From Mesotaenium endlicherianum (taxonomy: Eukaryota): a stretch of DNA of 54,495 bases. Positions within the stretch are counted from its first letter, which is position 1, and every line of letters begins with the position of its first letter. The stretch is taken from the NCBI GenBank assembly GCA_009602735.1, contig WELA01000281.1:32412-86906 (forward strand). Reading direction: 5' to 3'. The position numbers were made by a program, and so were the translations under genes. The notes below the pieces were generated by a model. That model was not told the origin of the DNA and did not search any database. It worked only from the letters and a program-made list of their open reading frames with translations. This document shows positions 11,301 through 24,700 of the stretch, piece by piece.

Positions 11301-14300
11301 GCGCTGCCGCACGCTGGGCCTTGAGCTGCAGACACCTGTTCTCTTCCTGGACCTCCAGTACGCGGCCCTCCCTCTCGAGCTCCTGCTGCGCAGCCACCTG
11401 GGCGTTCGCGCGGGCCTGCGCCAGCTCCTCCTTGTACAGCTGGCAGTCCCTGGCGAGGTCTGCCACCTGGTGCCTTAGGGCGGCGTCGTCCTCCCTGGCG
11501 CGGGGACCGCGTAGGTCTTGCGCCTGAGCCCTGCAGATGCCGCCCGGGAGGCGCAGAGGAAGGAGCTGCTGACAGCTGTCAGCCGGTGAGCCCCTGAGCC
11601 GCTGCAGACAACTTGCAGAGCAAGCAGCTGCTGCTGACAGCTGTCAGCCACAAGGCTGCTGCCGGTGATCTGCAGAGGAAGGAGAGGGGCTGCTGACAGC
11701 TGTCGGCCTGGGAACTGCTGCAAACGACTAGCAGAGGAAGGAGGAAGGAGGAGGCCCTGACAGCTGTCAGCTCCTACGCTGGCAGCTTGTGAGCTGGAGC
11801 TCTCACTCGCTCTTGGGAGGCTGAGTGCCCGAGGGCGTGCCAGTGGGCTGGAGCCGTAGGCCCAGGATCACTCAGAGATAGGCTCAGGCTTGTCTGCGTT
11901 TAAGTTCATGCCTGGCTGTGGTGCACGTGTGCGTGTGCGTGTGTGCTTATATGTGTGTGTGTCTGTCTGTGTGTGTGTGGATGCGTGCGTGTGTCTGCAA
12001 GTGTTCGTGTGTGTGTGTTTGTGTGTTTTTTTGTTTATCTGCGGTGGCGTGTGTGCATGTGTCGGAGCGCGGGTCTGCACACGCGTGTGTCCCCCTCTGT
12101 GCGGGTCTGTGTGCGTGTGCGCGTGCACGCGTGTGCGCGTGTGTGTGCATGTGTGTATGCATGTGTGTGTGTGTGCGTGCGTGAGTTTATGTGCCTGCGT
12201 GTGCGTGACGCGTGTGCGTGACGCGTGCTCGTCTTGTCTCAGGACCAAAATCGAGAGAGAGAGCCGCACAGGCGGAGCCCTAGCCAGCGAAGCAGCAGAC
12301 GGCGGGACGAGACAAGCGCGCCACGAGGAGTCCTCTGCCTCAACGGGGGGGTCAGGCTTGGGGTCAGGCTTGAATCCTCATAAACCCATAAGGCACCTAC
12401 CCTGAACACCTCGACTCTGGCTTTATTGCTATGCGCCGCTTGCCTGATGCTTGAGCCTTGGCCCCCAACCCTGACACACACGCAGCCCTATATCCTGCAT
12501 CCCTTAGAACCCGAAACCCAAAATCCTAACCCCGTCAAGCCTAATATCACAAGGAGGATTACTCTACTAGCCTGATGGGGAAGAGATTGAAGGAAGCTCA
12601 GGGGGCGGGAGGGGGCGAGGGTGCGCGGTGGTGTGGGGCGGGNGAGAGGGGTATTTTTTTGTGTGGGAGAGAGGAGGGGCCCAACCTTAGGGCGTCAACT
12701 TCCATGCGGAGTTCGGTGATCTGGAGCTCTGCAGCCGCCACCTGGCGCTCCAGCTGGGCCGCCTGGATGGACAAGGCAGCATCAAAGGATCAGACGGAAG
12801 GTGGCAAGAGGACAGATGGCGAGGAGACAAGGTGGCGTTCATGCACACGTATAAAATGGATTGAGTAAAAAATGATAGATGCAAAATAAGATAACACATT
12901 AGTGACATTCCTGATAAAATAACATGTGATTCCGCACAGCCGGGAGAGCAGACACACAAGCCCCGTCGGAAACATCAACTCAGATGTGAAATAAATTCTG
13001 AATCGCATATAAAGGCCACGATGCCATTGTCTGACAGGAATCTCCTGAGCAACGACATGAGGCCACCTGGCAGAAGCAGATCCCGCCCCACGCGCATGCG
13101 CTCACCTCTTTGGTGGCTTGCTCATGCTTCTGCCGCCAGGTGTCGGCGGTTCCCACAGCCTCAGCAAGGCTGTGCTGGCACGCTGCCACCTGGCGCTGCT
13201 GGGAGGCAAGCTCGGCTGCCAGGCTGGCCTTTGCCTCTGCCAGCTCATTATTGGCCTGCAGAAAAAAGTATAGACCACCAATTTTGCATCATATCAATTT
13301 AATAGGCTTATGATTATAATGACAGGACTACTATAGCTTACGATCATCATGGCTTAGGTTCTTGCTCTCAGGTACAATTTATTTACCACATCTTGCTGAA
13401 GCTGATAATTTACCCGTTGTAAATAATATACCCCTTCCTGTGTTTGCTGATTCCAGTTTAGTCTCTGCATCCGCTGCATCTGAGAGTTGTTGTGATACTT
13501 ACTTGGTTGTCAGCACACTTACCCTATCTTCTACATATGCTACCCATAAATCAAGGCCTTAATACAAACCCATATATACCCATATACAGCCACATATATA
13601 CACTGATGTGACTGACTACAAACAAGTATACCCGTATGAACCCATATCCACCCATACATATACCCACATACAGGACATACCCATACATACCCAAACCCTA
13701 AAAGAGCCCATATTTATAGTGACAGCGGTGAAGGTGCTTGCCTGATCAAGCGCCGCCAGGCGGGCCCGCGAGGTCGCCAGCTGTGCGAGCGCTTGCTCCA
13801 GCGCATCTCTCGCCGCCCACTTCTCGGCCTCTGCCGCCGTTACTGCCTCCTCACTGCCCAGACAAATAAGAACAAATAAACAGAATAAAACAATCAGAAA
13901 CGGACTACGCATTTGTCCTTCGACTTACTCAGCATAGTTGCATGCATGCCGCAACTTTCGTCCATAGAGCTGTCCCCAACATGGTTTTTAAAAAGCATGC
14001 CCAGCACATGCCTAATATTGTCAACAAAAAAAAAGATTCGAGAAACTCTGCATCAAAAGCCCAACAGCAAACAAGAATCCGACATTGACACCGAAAACAC
14101 ATTCGAAAAGGAAAGAGGGGAGGCCCGCGAACCTGGCTTGCTGAGCTGTCAGCACGTGGTTGGCTAGAGACGCCTCCAGGGCGGCAGCCCTCTCCTCCGC
14201 CTGCTTCCTTTTCTCCTCCTCCCTCTCCCTCCCCTGGCTTACCTGCGCTCGACTCGCTTGCCACCGCAACATTGAATATGTATCATCAGCCATGCTTTCC

Positions 14301-16439
14301 TAGCATTAGAATATGATGCTCTTAGCAAAAGTCTAATCTGTATTAAGGATCAGGAATGATACGGGCAAAAGCATGTCAAAAACAATGTATTGAGTGACTA
14401 CTCAGTCCATGTTAAGCAAACAACACATAATCGTGGTAGAATGTCAGAAGCCAGGCTTTTTCTTAAACACCTGAATGCAAACTTTCCCCCCCCAGCCCTT
14501 TCAAGAAACACACACACACACACGCACGCACGCACGCATCTGCACACACACTTTTAAACAGGCACAAAACACATACGCAAGCACACATCGATACACACAC
14601 ATCTACTCTATTACACAGGCACACAACACACAGGCATGCAACACACACACACAAACACACACACACACACACACACACGCGGCGCATCCCAACTACATTG
14701 AGCATTTACCTTCACAACCTCGGCGCTGAGGCTGGCGAGGCAATTTTCAGCTGAATTTTAGTCAGGGCCAGGGTCGCGCTTCAAGCCTCAACATCAGGGT
14801 TAGGCTTTGAGCCTCAGGGTTTAAGCCTGAACATCAGGGCTAGGGTTTAAGCCTCAACATTAGGGTCAGGGCTTGAGCCTCCTCCTTGACGATCTCAGCA
14901 TCGAGGCTGGCGAGGCACAAGACAGTCAACCATAAGGTTTCGGAGTGGGCTTCAGATCAAGGCTTAGGGTTAGGTTCAGGATTAGGATTAGGTTAGGGTT
15001 AGGGTTAGGCTCACCTTGACGATCTCGGCATTGAGGCTGGCGAGGCGATCATCAGCCTGCTGCTTCTGCAGCTCCAGGATCTCCAGAGTTCCCCTCAAGC
15101 CCTCCACCTCGTCCTTGCTGGCGGCACTGCCTGCGTGCCACGTGGCCTTGTCGTCCTCGTACTGCGCGTGCACTTTGCGGAGGAGCTCCGTCACCTGCAG
15201 AGGCGCGGGGGAGAGCAAGGAGGGAGTATAACAAGTATCTTAATATATATACATGCATTTGTATATAATTCAGATATAAAATAGTAATCTCTAAGTTAAG
15301 ATTACAGCTCCGTCGCCAGCACGCGTGGGGGAGAGCGAGGCACAATCAAGCACATGAAGACAACGAGAGGTCCTCATTGTTTGAATTTCTATGCAAACAC
15401 AAACGTATATTCACACACATTTGTCTGTACGTGCGTGCGCGCGCGCGGGGATGTAACTCCACTGACAGCACGAGGGCACGGAATATCAATATGGTTCATG
15501 TATATACACGTACGCATATGGATATTAACAGGCACAGCCATATGTTTGCGTCTGCACACGCAAAGGGATAAGGGGCGAACACCTGTGCAAGATCTGCCCT
15601 GGCCTGGGCCAGCCCCACCGCGCTCTCCTCCGCCAGCTGGCACGCCTTCTCGCTGGCGCACAGCTTCCCCACCTGTCGGCTCATCAGACAAGGATAGGGC
15701 AAGAGAGAGTGGCCGGGGGACAGGCAGGGGGGGGGGTTTGTCAGCGCCAATCGCAAGCGAGCCCCCCGGATGCAGCCAAGTGTCGACGGGCTGACTGCCG
15801 CAGAGGGTCAAGGGACCCCGGGCGCCACCAAGTGTTGGCCGGGTGATTGTTGCTTGAAGGTGGTGAAAAGGGACCCCTTTACTGGTAACGACCCGCACGC
15901 AGCCAAGTGTGGACAGGCTGACAGATGCAAAGAAGGTGGCAGAGGGGCGCTAAATCAGTCTACGCATGCACACACTGGCACAGCTGATTATTGTTTTTGG
16001 TGAAGGGCAGTTAACTGGGAGCTAGGAAGGAACAACACGTGCAGGCAAGTGTACGAAAGCCCTCTGCCTCTGTACACGCAAGGGCGCGGTTTACACACGC
16101 ACACGCAGGCACGGGCACACACGCACTCAAACCCGCCCGCACGCCCACATGCGCAAGCACATACATATATGTGCTCTTACGCATACTTAAATCTTGATGG
16201 CTTGAGCCGGATCAAAATACGGCACTCTGTAAGTCAGCTGCTGAGTCTGTCCGCAGCATCCTCTCATCACCTGAGTCCTTCTGAACACTGTGAATAACCT
16301 ACACCACTTACATGCCTGGTAAACATACATATACATAGATGAACATAGTAATACAAACACATACATATATATATATATATATACCTGGTGTGTATATGCA
16401 TACCTGGTGTGTGTGTGTGCGTGTGTATGTATACACAAA

Positions 16440-16478
<39 letters not shown>

Positions 16479-17097
16479 CATACATACGCCAGCTTAGTTT
16501 TGCACAAACACACCAGGCATACATACATATATGTGTATGTATGTATTATGTACGTTTCCATATATTGCCTGACTTCCATGAGTCATTATTTTGGAGCCTG
16601 AATTTTACACCCGCACACAACTCTCAAGCCTCACACAGCAGCCCTAATTCCCAGCCACAGAATCCCTGAGTCAGCACACGCGCGCACCAGCTCAGTGTGA
16701 TCCCCCCGCAGCGCCAAAATCTCCGCCTCGCGCGCCGCCAGCTGGCCCGCAGCGTCCGCCAGCTGGCATCCCAGCGCCTCCCTGGCGGCCCTCTCCTCCT
16801 CGAGGTCTTGTTCGCACTCGCCCAGCCTGAGCTGGAGGGCGTCCCGGGCAGCCGCCAGCTCAGCGGCCGAACCCTCCAGGCGCTCGTGCGCCTCCTGCAG
16901 ATTTCAGGAAAAGAACAGAAAGATGGAAGATTGCAGGACGAGAAAGCAGGATGAGAAGCAGACATGAGAATTGAGATGAATAGGAGGCAGAAAGTCTCGC
17001 ACCATGAGGAGCCAGAAGTCCCTTCTGTGGACTCCAGCAGAGGGAAAAGGAACGCGCGGGGGCAGGCAGCAGACAGGCAGGCAGACAGACAGGTGGG

Positions 17098-17172
<75 letters not shown>

Positions 17173-20100
17173 ACAGGCAGGCAAGCACAGGCAGGCAGGT
17201 TGACAGGAAGGGAGGCGGGCTAATGGAACAGACAAGGAGAGGCAGAGAAGGTATGTCAGAGGTACACCGCAGACGGGAGAAACACGGGGGGTTGTGAGTG
17301 AGCCACATAAGTGCATGTGTGTGCTCTCATCTGCGTCGACGTGCAGATGTGGCGCACACATGGATCCAATGCTTCACCTTGTCCTCTCTACATGTGTATA
17401 TGCATATGTGCATGTGTACCTGTATGCAAACGTATATATGATGTACATATGAATATCAAAAGCTGTACACTTGTAATTTCGACATCTGGCACCCCGGCCA
17501 CGCGGCACCTCCACAAGTGAGCCACTCCGCCCGGCACTCCGGGGCGGCACATTCCACCTGGCACCCCCCACACAGGCACAGCTTGTCTTGCCTAGGCTAC
17601 GCAGCTGAAGCTTCGAGAGTGTAAACAGAGAGCCTCAGGGTTGAGAGGGTGCAGGGTGTTAGCGTTTGGGGCTTAGGGTGAACGCAGGATTAAGAGCGTG
17701 CTGATTAGCGCAGGATCAGAAGGGCTTAGGGCACCCCCTACCTGGAGCATCTGGAGCTCAAAATGTCTCTAATGTATATATATATGTGGATATAATTACG
17801 GTTTAAAGTTCAGGACACTCCCCCCACCTGGAGCATCTGGAGCTCGAAGGAGGCCTTCTCCAGCTCCGTGGATTTGCGCTGCAGGTGGATCTCAGCGGAC
17901 GAGAGCGCAGACTTTGCCTTGCTGAGGCCGGCGGCCATCGACTCGCGCCGCTTGTCGACGAGCGTGTCGCGGCGCGAGAGGTCCTTGGCCAGCGAGGAGC
18001 TCTGGCCCCTCAGCTGCCTCAGCTCCCGCTCCATGTTGGCCTTCTCCGCCTGTCGGGCGCGCGGGGGGGGCGAGAGGATTCAGGGTTTCGGGTTTGGGGT
18101 TTAGGGCGAGGGCAGAAAGTGGTGTCGAGAGGAGAGCGGGCGGCGCCTGTGGGGTGCATGGGGGCGAGAAAAAGTTAAGGTTTCGGGTTTAGGGCGAGGG
18201 CAGAGAGTGGGGTTGAGAGAGGGGAGCGCGCGCCGGTCACCCTCCGGTTTGAAAGGTTGAGGTCACTCTCTCTCCACGCAGACCTTCTGTCTCCCTGTCG
18301 AGTCGAGAAAAGCGAGAGAGGCGCGTGCGAGGCTCCGACATTGGAGGTGTCGTGCGTGGCTCCCGGTCGGGTTGAGGAACTTAGAATCAGAGTTAGGGTT
18401 GAGGGTAAGAACAGGGCTGAGGGTCGAGGTTCAGGATTGGGGAGATTAGGGTTCTGAGCTCTGCAGAAAGAGGCAGCCTCTACGCGCTGCTGGCCTCTTG
18501 CCACCTGTCGGGTGCGAGCGACACCTGCATGCTGCTCCCTTCTCCTATTCACGCTACTGAGCTCTGATCTCATTGAGACACTGGGAGCCTATTCTCTCCA
18601 ATCCTCAATCTCCGAATCCAAGTTCTACTTTCTGGCTCACAGCACCCTTGCCAGCAGGCAGGTCTGCTGCTACCCCAGAGCCAGGGAGCCCCACAGCCCA
18701 CTCCTGGCACCGTAGACCCCACATCCTTACACTCCAAGCCCTGATAAAGACTCGCGATAAAGTATCATGACTAAATAAAAACACCAATAGGAGCACGCTG
18801 TTCCCCCCAAATACTGGACCTGAAGGCCATGACCCGCACGCTGCTCCTCCCCCATCCAACTCCATTCTTATATATTGATTTGATTTGATCAAATTAACCA
18901 ATCCCTTCACCCTAATTGCGACAAACGCAGCGATGCAGCAGCAAAGGTACCTGCATGCTATTCTTCTCCTGGACGGCCAGTTTCAGCTTTGCCTCCGTCT
19001 CTTTCGCTCGGCCCTTTGTCTTCTCCGCCTCCCGCGCCAGCGCGTCGCGCTCCTTCTCCAGCGTGGCCGGCAGGCACCTGGCGCCTGCCACCTCCTTGCG
19101 CAGCGTCGCCAGGTCAGCGCGCAGCTGCGCCACCTCGTGCTGGTGCTGGTGCCGGCTCGCCTGCGAGGGTGCGGAGTTTTGGCGGCGGACCAGAGCGCAG
19201 ACGCGGGAGAACCGGGGGAGGCAGAGGGGAGGAACACGGAGAGATAGGGAGAGAGGGCGGAAAGAGGGGGGGGAGGGGGGGAGGGGGGGCAGGGAGTGGA
19301 CGCAGGTGCCAACCGTTGAGAGGCTCCCCGTCCTTGAAGACATACAGGCGCCACTTGGCGCTGGGCTTCTTCGCCTCCGGCGGCTCCGTGAACAGCAGCG
19401 CAATGCCTGCCGCCCGCCTCCGGCTCCCCCGGGGCACGCCCGCCAGAGTGCCAGCGACCCTCAGGAACTAAGGGCTATGGGTTATAGGCTCTAAAGCTTC
19501 ACAATCACTTCTCTGCAGACGCCTCGCTGTTCCAAGTTCTACCAGGCTTCTCAGCAGAAGGTGTCCGCACTGGGCTGAGGAGGAGGGGAGGGAGGGGAGG
19601 GGGGGGCAGCAGCCCGGCGCAAATGCCACACCGCCACTGCTACAACTCCCACTACTTCCTCTTCGGCTAGGAAAAGAGAAGTGCAGAGGAAGAACCCACT
19701 TGGGTTGAATATATGGGCGCCAAACTTTTGCATCACAGACACAGACACACACACACACACACACACACGCGGGGTCCAGGCATGCGGGGATGTGAGGCCA
19801 CACGCACGCACCTTTGACCTTGTTTGTCTCCTCGGCCAGCTTTCCGGAGAGCCCAAAGCTGGGCTCTATCTGCACACACCCCCCCAATCCGCCCCACCTC
19901 CACCAACCCCAACCAGAGAAAGCACACCCACACACGCAACCATGCCCACATCCACACACACGCACACGCGCACACTCTGACGATATCAGGGCAATGGGGG
20001 TGCAACCACATCTGCAAGCTGTGAGCGAGAGGGCAAGTGCGAGTGCAATTTAGGCTGCAAGTGCCAGTGCAAGTGCCAGTGCCAGTAGTGCCAGCAGGTG

Positions 20101-21672
20101 TACCACCTGCACGGCATACGCGCGCTCCTCGCGAGCTGCCTGCCCCCACACAGCGCCTCTGCAGCAGCAGCAGCAGGCAGTTCCTCCCTCACCCCCTCAA
20201 TCTGGCAATACAGAGCAAGCCCTGCCTTTCCTTTTCGTATATATTTTTCTTGGTGGAAAAGGGGAAGGGGAGGAAGGGGGGGAGGGGAGGAGGTTTTTTC
20301 TAGGAACNAGCCACGTGGCAGCTCCAGAGGGCACGCACTTGAAGAGATGATACGGCCAAGACCTTATCAGGCACCGAAAATACTCGGAGGGTTTTGAGTT
20401 CCAGGGGCTTCTGGTGCAACGAGCAGAAATGAGAGCTCATACAGCAGGGAATGCATGCGGACAAAAATGGACTTCTGATGCATTCTCTTCAAGATTTAGT
20501 GCCAAGGGTCTCGGGTTTGGGGCACTCGGCACACGAAATTTGGCTTGAGCATGCAGCCAACAGGGTAAGGCCGAAGGCTCAGTGACAGCTTGGCTTGGAG
20601 GCTGGGGCTGTGTATGGACATAGAGTGTGACCAAGTTGAGCGTATCATGATGAGCAAGCGATCACAGCGTGCTGTGCAGAGCCCCATACTGGGGAGCCTG
20701 AATGGGGGTGGCACTAGGGGCACTTTGTGGGTGGCTCTACGGCCTTAGCTGGGGTTAGGGTTTAGCTTGGAGCATATGGAGGATGAAACGGCAGCGTTAG
20801 GGCTGGCTGGCTGGCTGTCTCTCTAAACCTGCAACCCTGTCCCCTGCCTGCACCGTTAGTCATGCGCCAAGAAGGCGAGGCCCTCCCCCTCATGCGTACG
20901 TACGAGGTCTCTTGAGCAATGGCGCTGCTCGAAGCAAAAGCAGGAGCAAAAGTTAGAGCCCCGCACTTTCTGGCTGGCACGCACGCGCGGGTCTTGCCGG
21001 ACCTCCTAGTGGGGATTGTGCGGCAAGGAGGCGCTAGGGCAGTCTTGCCATATCCTCCCCTGACTCAAGTCTAAACTGCACGCGTTTTGGCGCTGCTCTG
21101 ATTCAAAACGTATCTCTGACTCATGCACGGCAGAGCCTTGGTCAGAGCCTACAGGAACCACAGAACCCAAAATCCTGACCCCACCTTAATCCTAACATTA
21201 CCTTAGCTCCAATCCTAACCCACAACTCTAACCTCTTGGGCCAGAGCCTTCAGGGTTACCCTGACCCAGAAATCTGACACCCACCCTCGCCCTAATCCCT
21301 AGCGTCACCTTAACTTCAATCCTAAATCCTAACACTTACCTGAACTCTAACCCTAATCCTAACCTCTGAACCTACCCTATCTCTAGCCCTAACCTCAACT
21401 CTCACTCAAATGTTGACTGTGAATGTGAGGGGCTGTCAGTAGGGAGGGTACCTCCAGCTTGTGCACGGCCTCTTGGGCGAGCACTTTCTCGGAAGCAAAG
21501 AGCGCCTCCACCTCCGCCAGCCTGGCGCTCGTCGCGTTCTGCGACACACATCAAGCACAAGTTATTGTCGAATAGAACCTGCAATACACGTGGATATATA
21601 AGTGTACATATGTATTGTCTATGTACATGTGCACATAAACATATATATGTGAATGTGTATCCAGTCATATAA

Positions 21673-21723
<51 letters not shown>

Positions 21724-24700
21724 TGCACAATACGTAAATGTAAACACGTGCAAATCACATATGCGCGTACGTGTGTACATATATTTGTACATATATATGT
21801 AATCCAAGAATGAGCAAGCGCACCTTAAGGGCCTCCAGAGCAACGAGCTCCTGAGTGATCTCAGCGCAGAGCGCCTCCTTCTCCTCCACAGCCAGAGCCA
21901 GCTCCCCCTCACGGGCCTGGCCCCCCTCCACGGCCTCTGCAAACGCTTTCTCAAGCGCGGCCCTCTCCTCCGCAAACCCATTCTCGCAAGCCGCCTTCTC
22001 TTCCGCAAACGCTCGCGCCATCTCTGCCCTCTCCTCGGCAAACGCTGTCGCGGATGCCGCCTTCTCTTCCGCGAACGCTCGCTCCATCTCACCCCTCTGC
22101 TCTGCAAACGCTTTCTCGATGCTGGCCCTCTCCTCCGTGTGGGCCCGCCCCATCTGGGCCCTCTCCTCCGCAAACTTCTCACCAACCTCCGCCTTCTCGT
22201 CCAAGAACGCCTTTGTGCTGCTCTCCCTCTCGTCTGCGAACGCTCGCTCAATCGCAATTCTCTCCTCGACAAATGCGAGCTCGAGTTGGGCCTTCTCCTC
22301 CGCGTGAGCGTGCTCTCTCTGGGCCCTCTCTTCTGCAAACGCTTGCTCAATGGAAGCTCTCTCGGACGCAAACGCTTGCTCAATGTGCTCCCTGTCCTCT
22401 GCATGCCGGCCCTCCAAGGCCCCCTGCAGATCCGCCAGTTTTCTCGCAGCAGCGTCACGAGCCGCAGCAAGTGTCGCTATTTCGAGGGCAGCCTCCGCTA
22501 CCTTCTCCTCTAGGCTAGCGACAACTGTTGCCTGCTCCTGCTCGCTTGCCAAGCTGGCGGCTCTCGCCACCTTCGTCTCCTCCTCCAGCTCCGCCACCCG
22601 CCCCTTCACTATTGCCAGCTCCTCCTGGGCCGCCACATGGCGCGCTCCCAGCTCCTCGAATGCCTCTCTAACGCGCGCACTCTCTCCTTCCGCCTCTGCC
22701 CGCTTCTTCTCCTCCTGCAGCAGCGACAGAGCATCCTCTGCCGCCCGCCTTGCCGCCCCCAGGGCTTCTTCTCTCTGCTGTGTTGCCTCTGCCAGCTCAG
22801 CCTGGGCGGCCGCACACGCGAGCTGCCAGCTCGTCTTCTCCTGCGTCAGACTCTTCACCCTCTCCTCCAACTCTCGCAACTTCTCCTCCCTCGGTCGCAC
22901 TCCATCCTGTGCGGCTGCTGTTGCAGCTGGCGACACGAGCGCGCCACCTGTCGGGTCCCCCTCAACTGCCGGCATCGCGGCAGCCGGCGCCGCCTGCCTG
23001 CTCTTTTTTGCTGCCAGCTCAGCCTTTGCTGATGTCAGGTCAGTGTTTGCTGACGTCAGCTGCTCCTGCAAGCCCTCGAGCTCGTGTCTCAGGCTTGTGA
23101 CATCTGTCCTTAGCCGGTGCAACTCCTCACCCTGCTCCTGCAGCAGCTGCTGCTGCTGGCGCTCCTGCCTGACTTCCTCCTCTTTCTCCTTCTTTTCCTC
23201 CTCCTTGTTCCCTTCCTCTTTCCCCTTGCCTTCTTTGCCAAACGCAAGCCCAAGCTGGCCTCGGGCATGCAGGGCAGCCTCCTCCCGGGCGGCAGCCAGC
23301 TGCTCCTCCAGCTGACACTTGTCACTTCTCAGCCGCTGGATCTCCTCCGTCAGATCGAGGAGGAGCGCCTCTCTTGCCTCGTCTGTCTCAGAGAGAGCAG
23401 AGCCGCGAGCCGGCAGAACAGCCCCGCTGGCACCCATCCGCACGCCGCCACCTGGCGCGCTCTGATTGGCTGCAGGCTCATCCTCCTGAAACTGCTGCCC
23501 ACGGGAGACAGCGCAGCCCCCCCCGCATGCAATCGGCGCCCAGGCAGCAAAAGAAGTAGACGGAGAGACAGCGTTAGTTTGGGAAAGAAACACAAACTGC
23601 AGATGATATCCTGGAATGTCTTCCCTGCCTGGGTTACACAGCAACCTTGCTCAGGAATTTCACCTCCACCATATTTTCTTCTTTTTGCACCCCGCCCGCT
23701 CTGAGGACAAGCTGCCACGACATTAATTACTTTTCAAAAAATAAAAATTAAGGGAAGGAGGTGTGTGTTTTTGCAAGAAGGAGAAAAAAACAGGGGAGGA
23801 AAGTTTAGAACCCTGTTCGCGCGGAAGACACGCTGGTTCCTCCTGGGGTTGCAGTCAGACACCTCCGATGGGGCAAGCAGGCGAGATGATTTAGGTAGGC
23901 TTGCATATGCGGCAAGCACATTCGTAGTCGTTTTGTCGTTGATGTACAAAATAGGGCTTCAGAGCAACGAGCAAAACTTAATGCGAAACTCAATCTGGGC
24001 CAACAGCCACCAAAAAATTGTTGCAGCAAACGAGATGCTAATCAACCTGTGACCCAAATCCCAGGGAAAGGGAAAAAAAGAAGAAGAGAAAATAAACATC
24101 ACTGCAGATGCAGCATGTAGCACACAAGAAAAAGAAAAAGAAAAAGAAAAAAAGTCATCCCTTTATTATCCGAAGAAATAAAACATCACTGCAGAAGCAG
24201 CATGTGAGCACACTCTTTCTTCTAGAGAGAGATAGGGAGAGTCGCCTACCCTACTATCGTATCCACGTCAACCATCTCCCAAACCCAAAACCCTCAACCT
24301 GCCCCTTCAAAGTTATCCCCTCAACGCTAGAGCCCCGATCAGTGCTAGCCCCTCCCCACCCCAGCAGCCCCCGACCTGAGTCCATGCTCCCTCTAAGCAG
24401 CTGCTCACGTCGCCTGAAAATTAAACCCTCACCCTAACCCTGATCCTAACCCTAGCCCTAAACCCCCACACAATCTTGACTCAAGCAACAACCCCGCTTG
24501 CACCCCCCTAACCCTAAGCCGGAAAGCTCTAACCTTGCCACGAGCAAGGAATCCCCCGCAAAACTCGAAACTCTGCTCAAACCCGAACCCCAAACAGGAT
24601 TGCCATGGCACGGCAGATCAGCCAATCGAGGGCCCCAAAGTGGGCAGAGGGACGACGCGCAATGGCAACGGCAAAAGCACCAGCACCAGCACCAGCACCA

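Noticed and set aside
11524..11772. CRISPR-like palindromic repeats with spacers
   Set aside because: Eukaryotic intron, degenerate repeats, spacers related to each other, and no cas genes.
14960..15010. True telomere or chromosome end
   Set aside because: Short, degenerate, intronic and present in both orientations across the window.
19314..19869. Complete nested DDL gene
   Set aside because: No start exon and no FHA-core exons were found in neighbouring introns, so it is treated as a fragment.
22350..23315. 321-aa plus-strand ORF and similar S/A-rich plus ORFs
   Set aside because: Antisense shadows of GC-rich kinesin coiled-coil exons.
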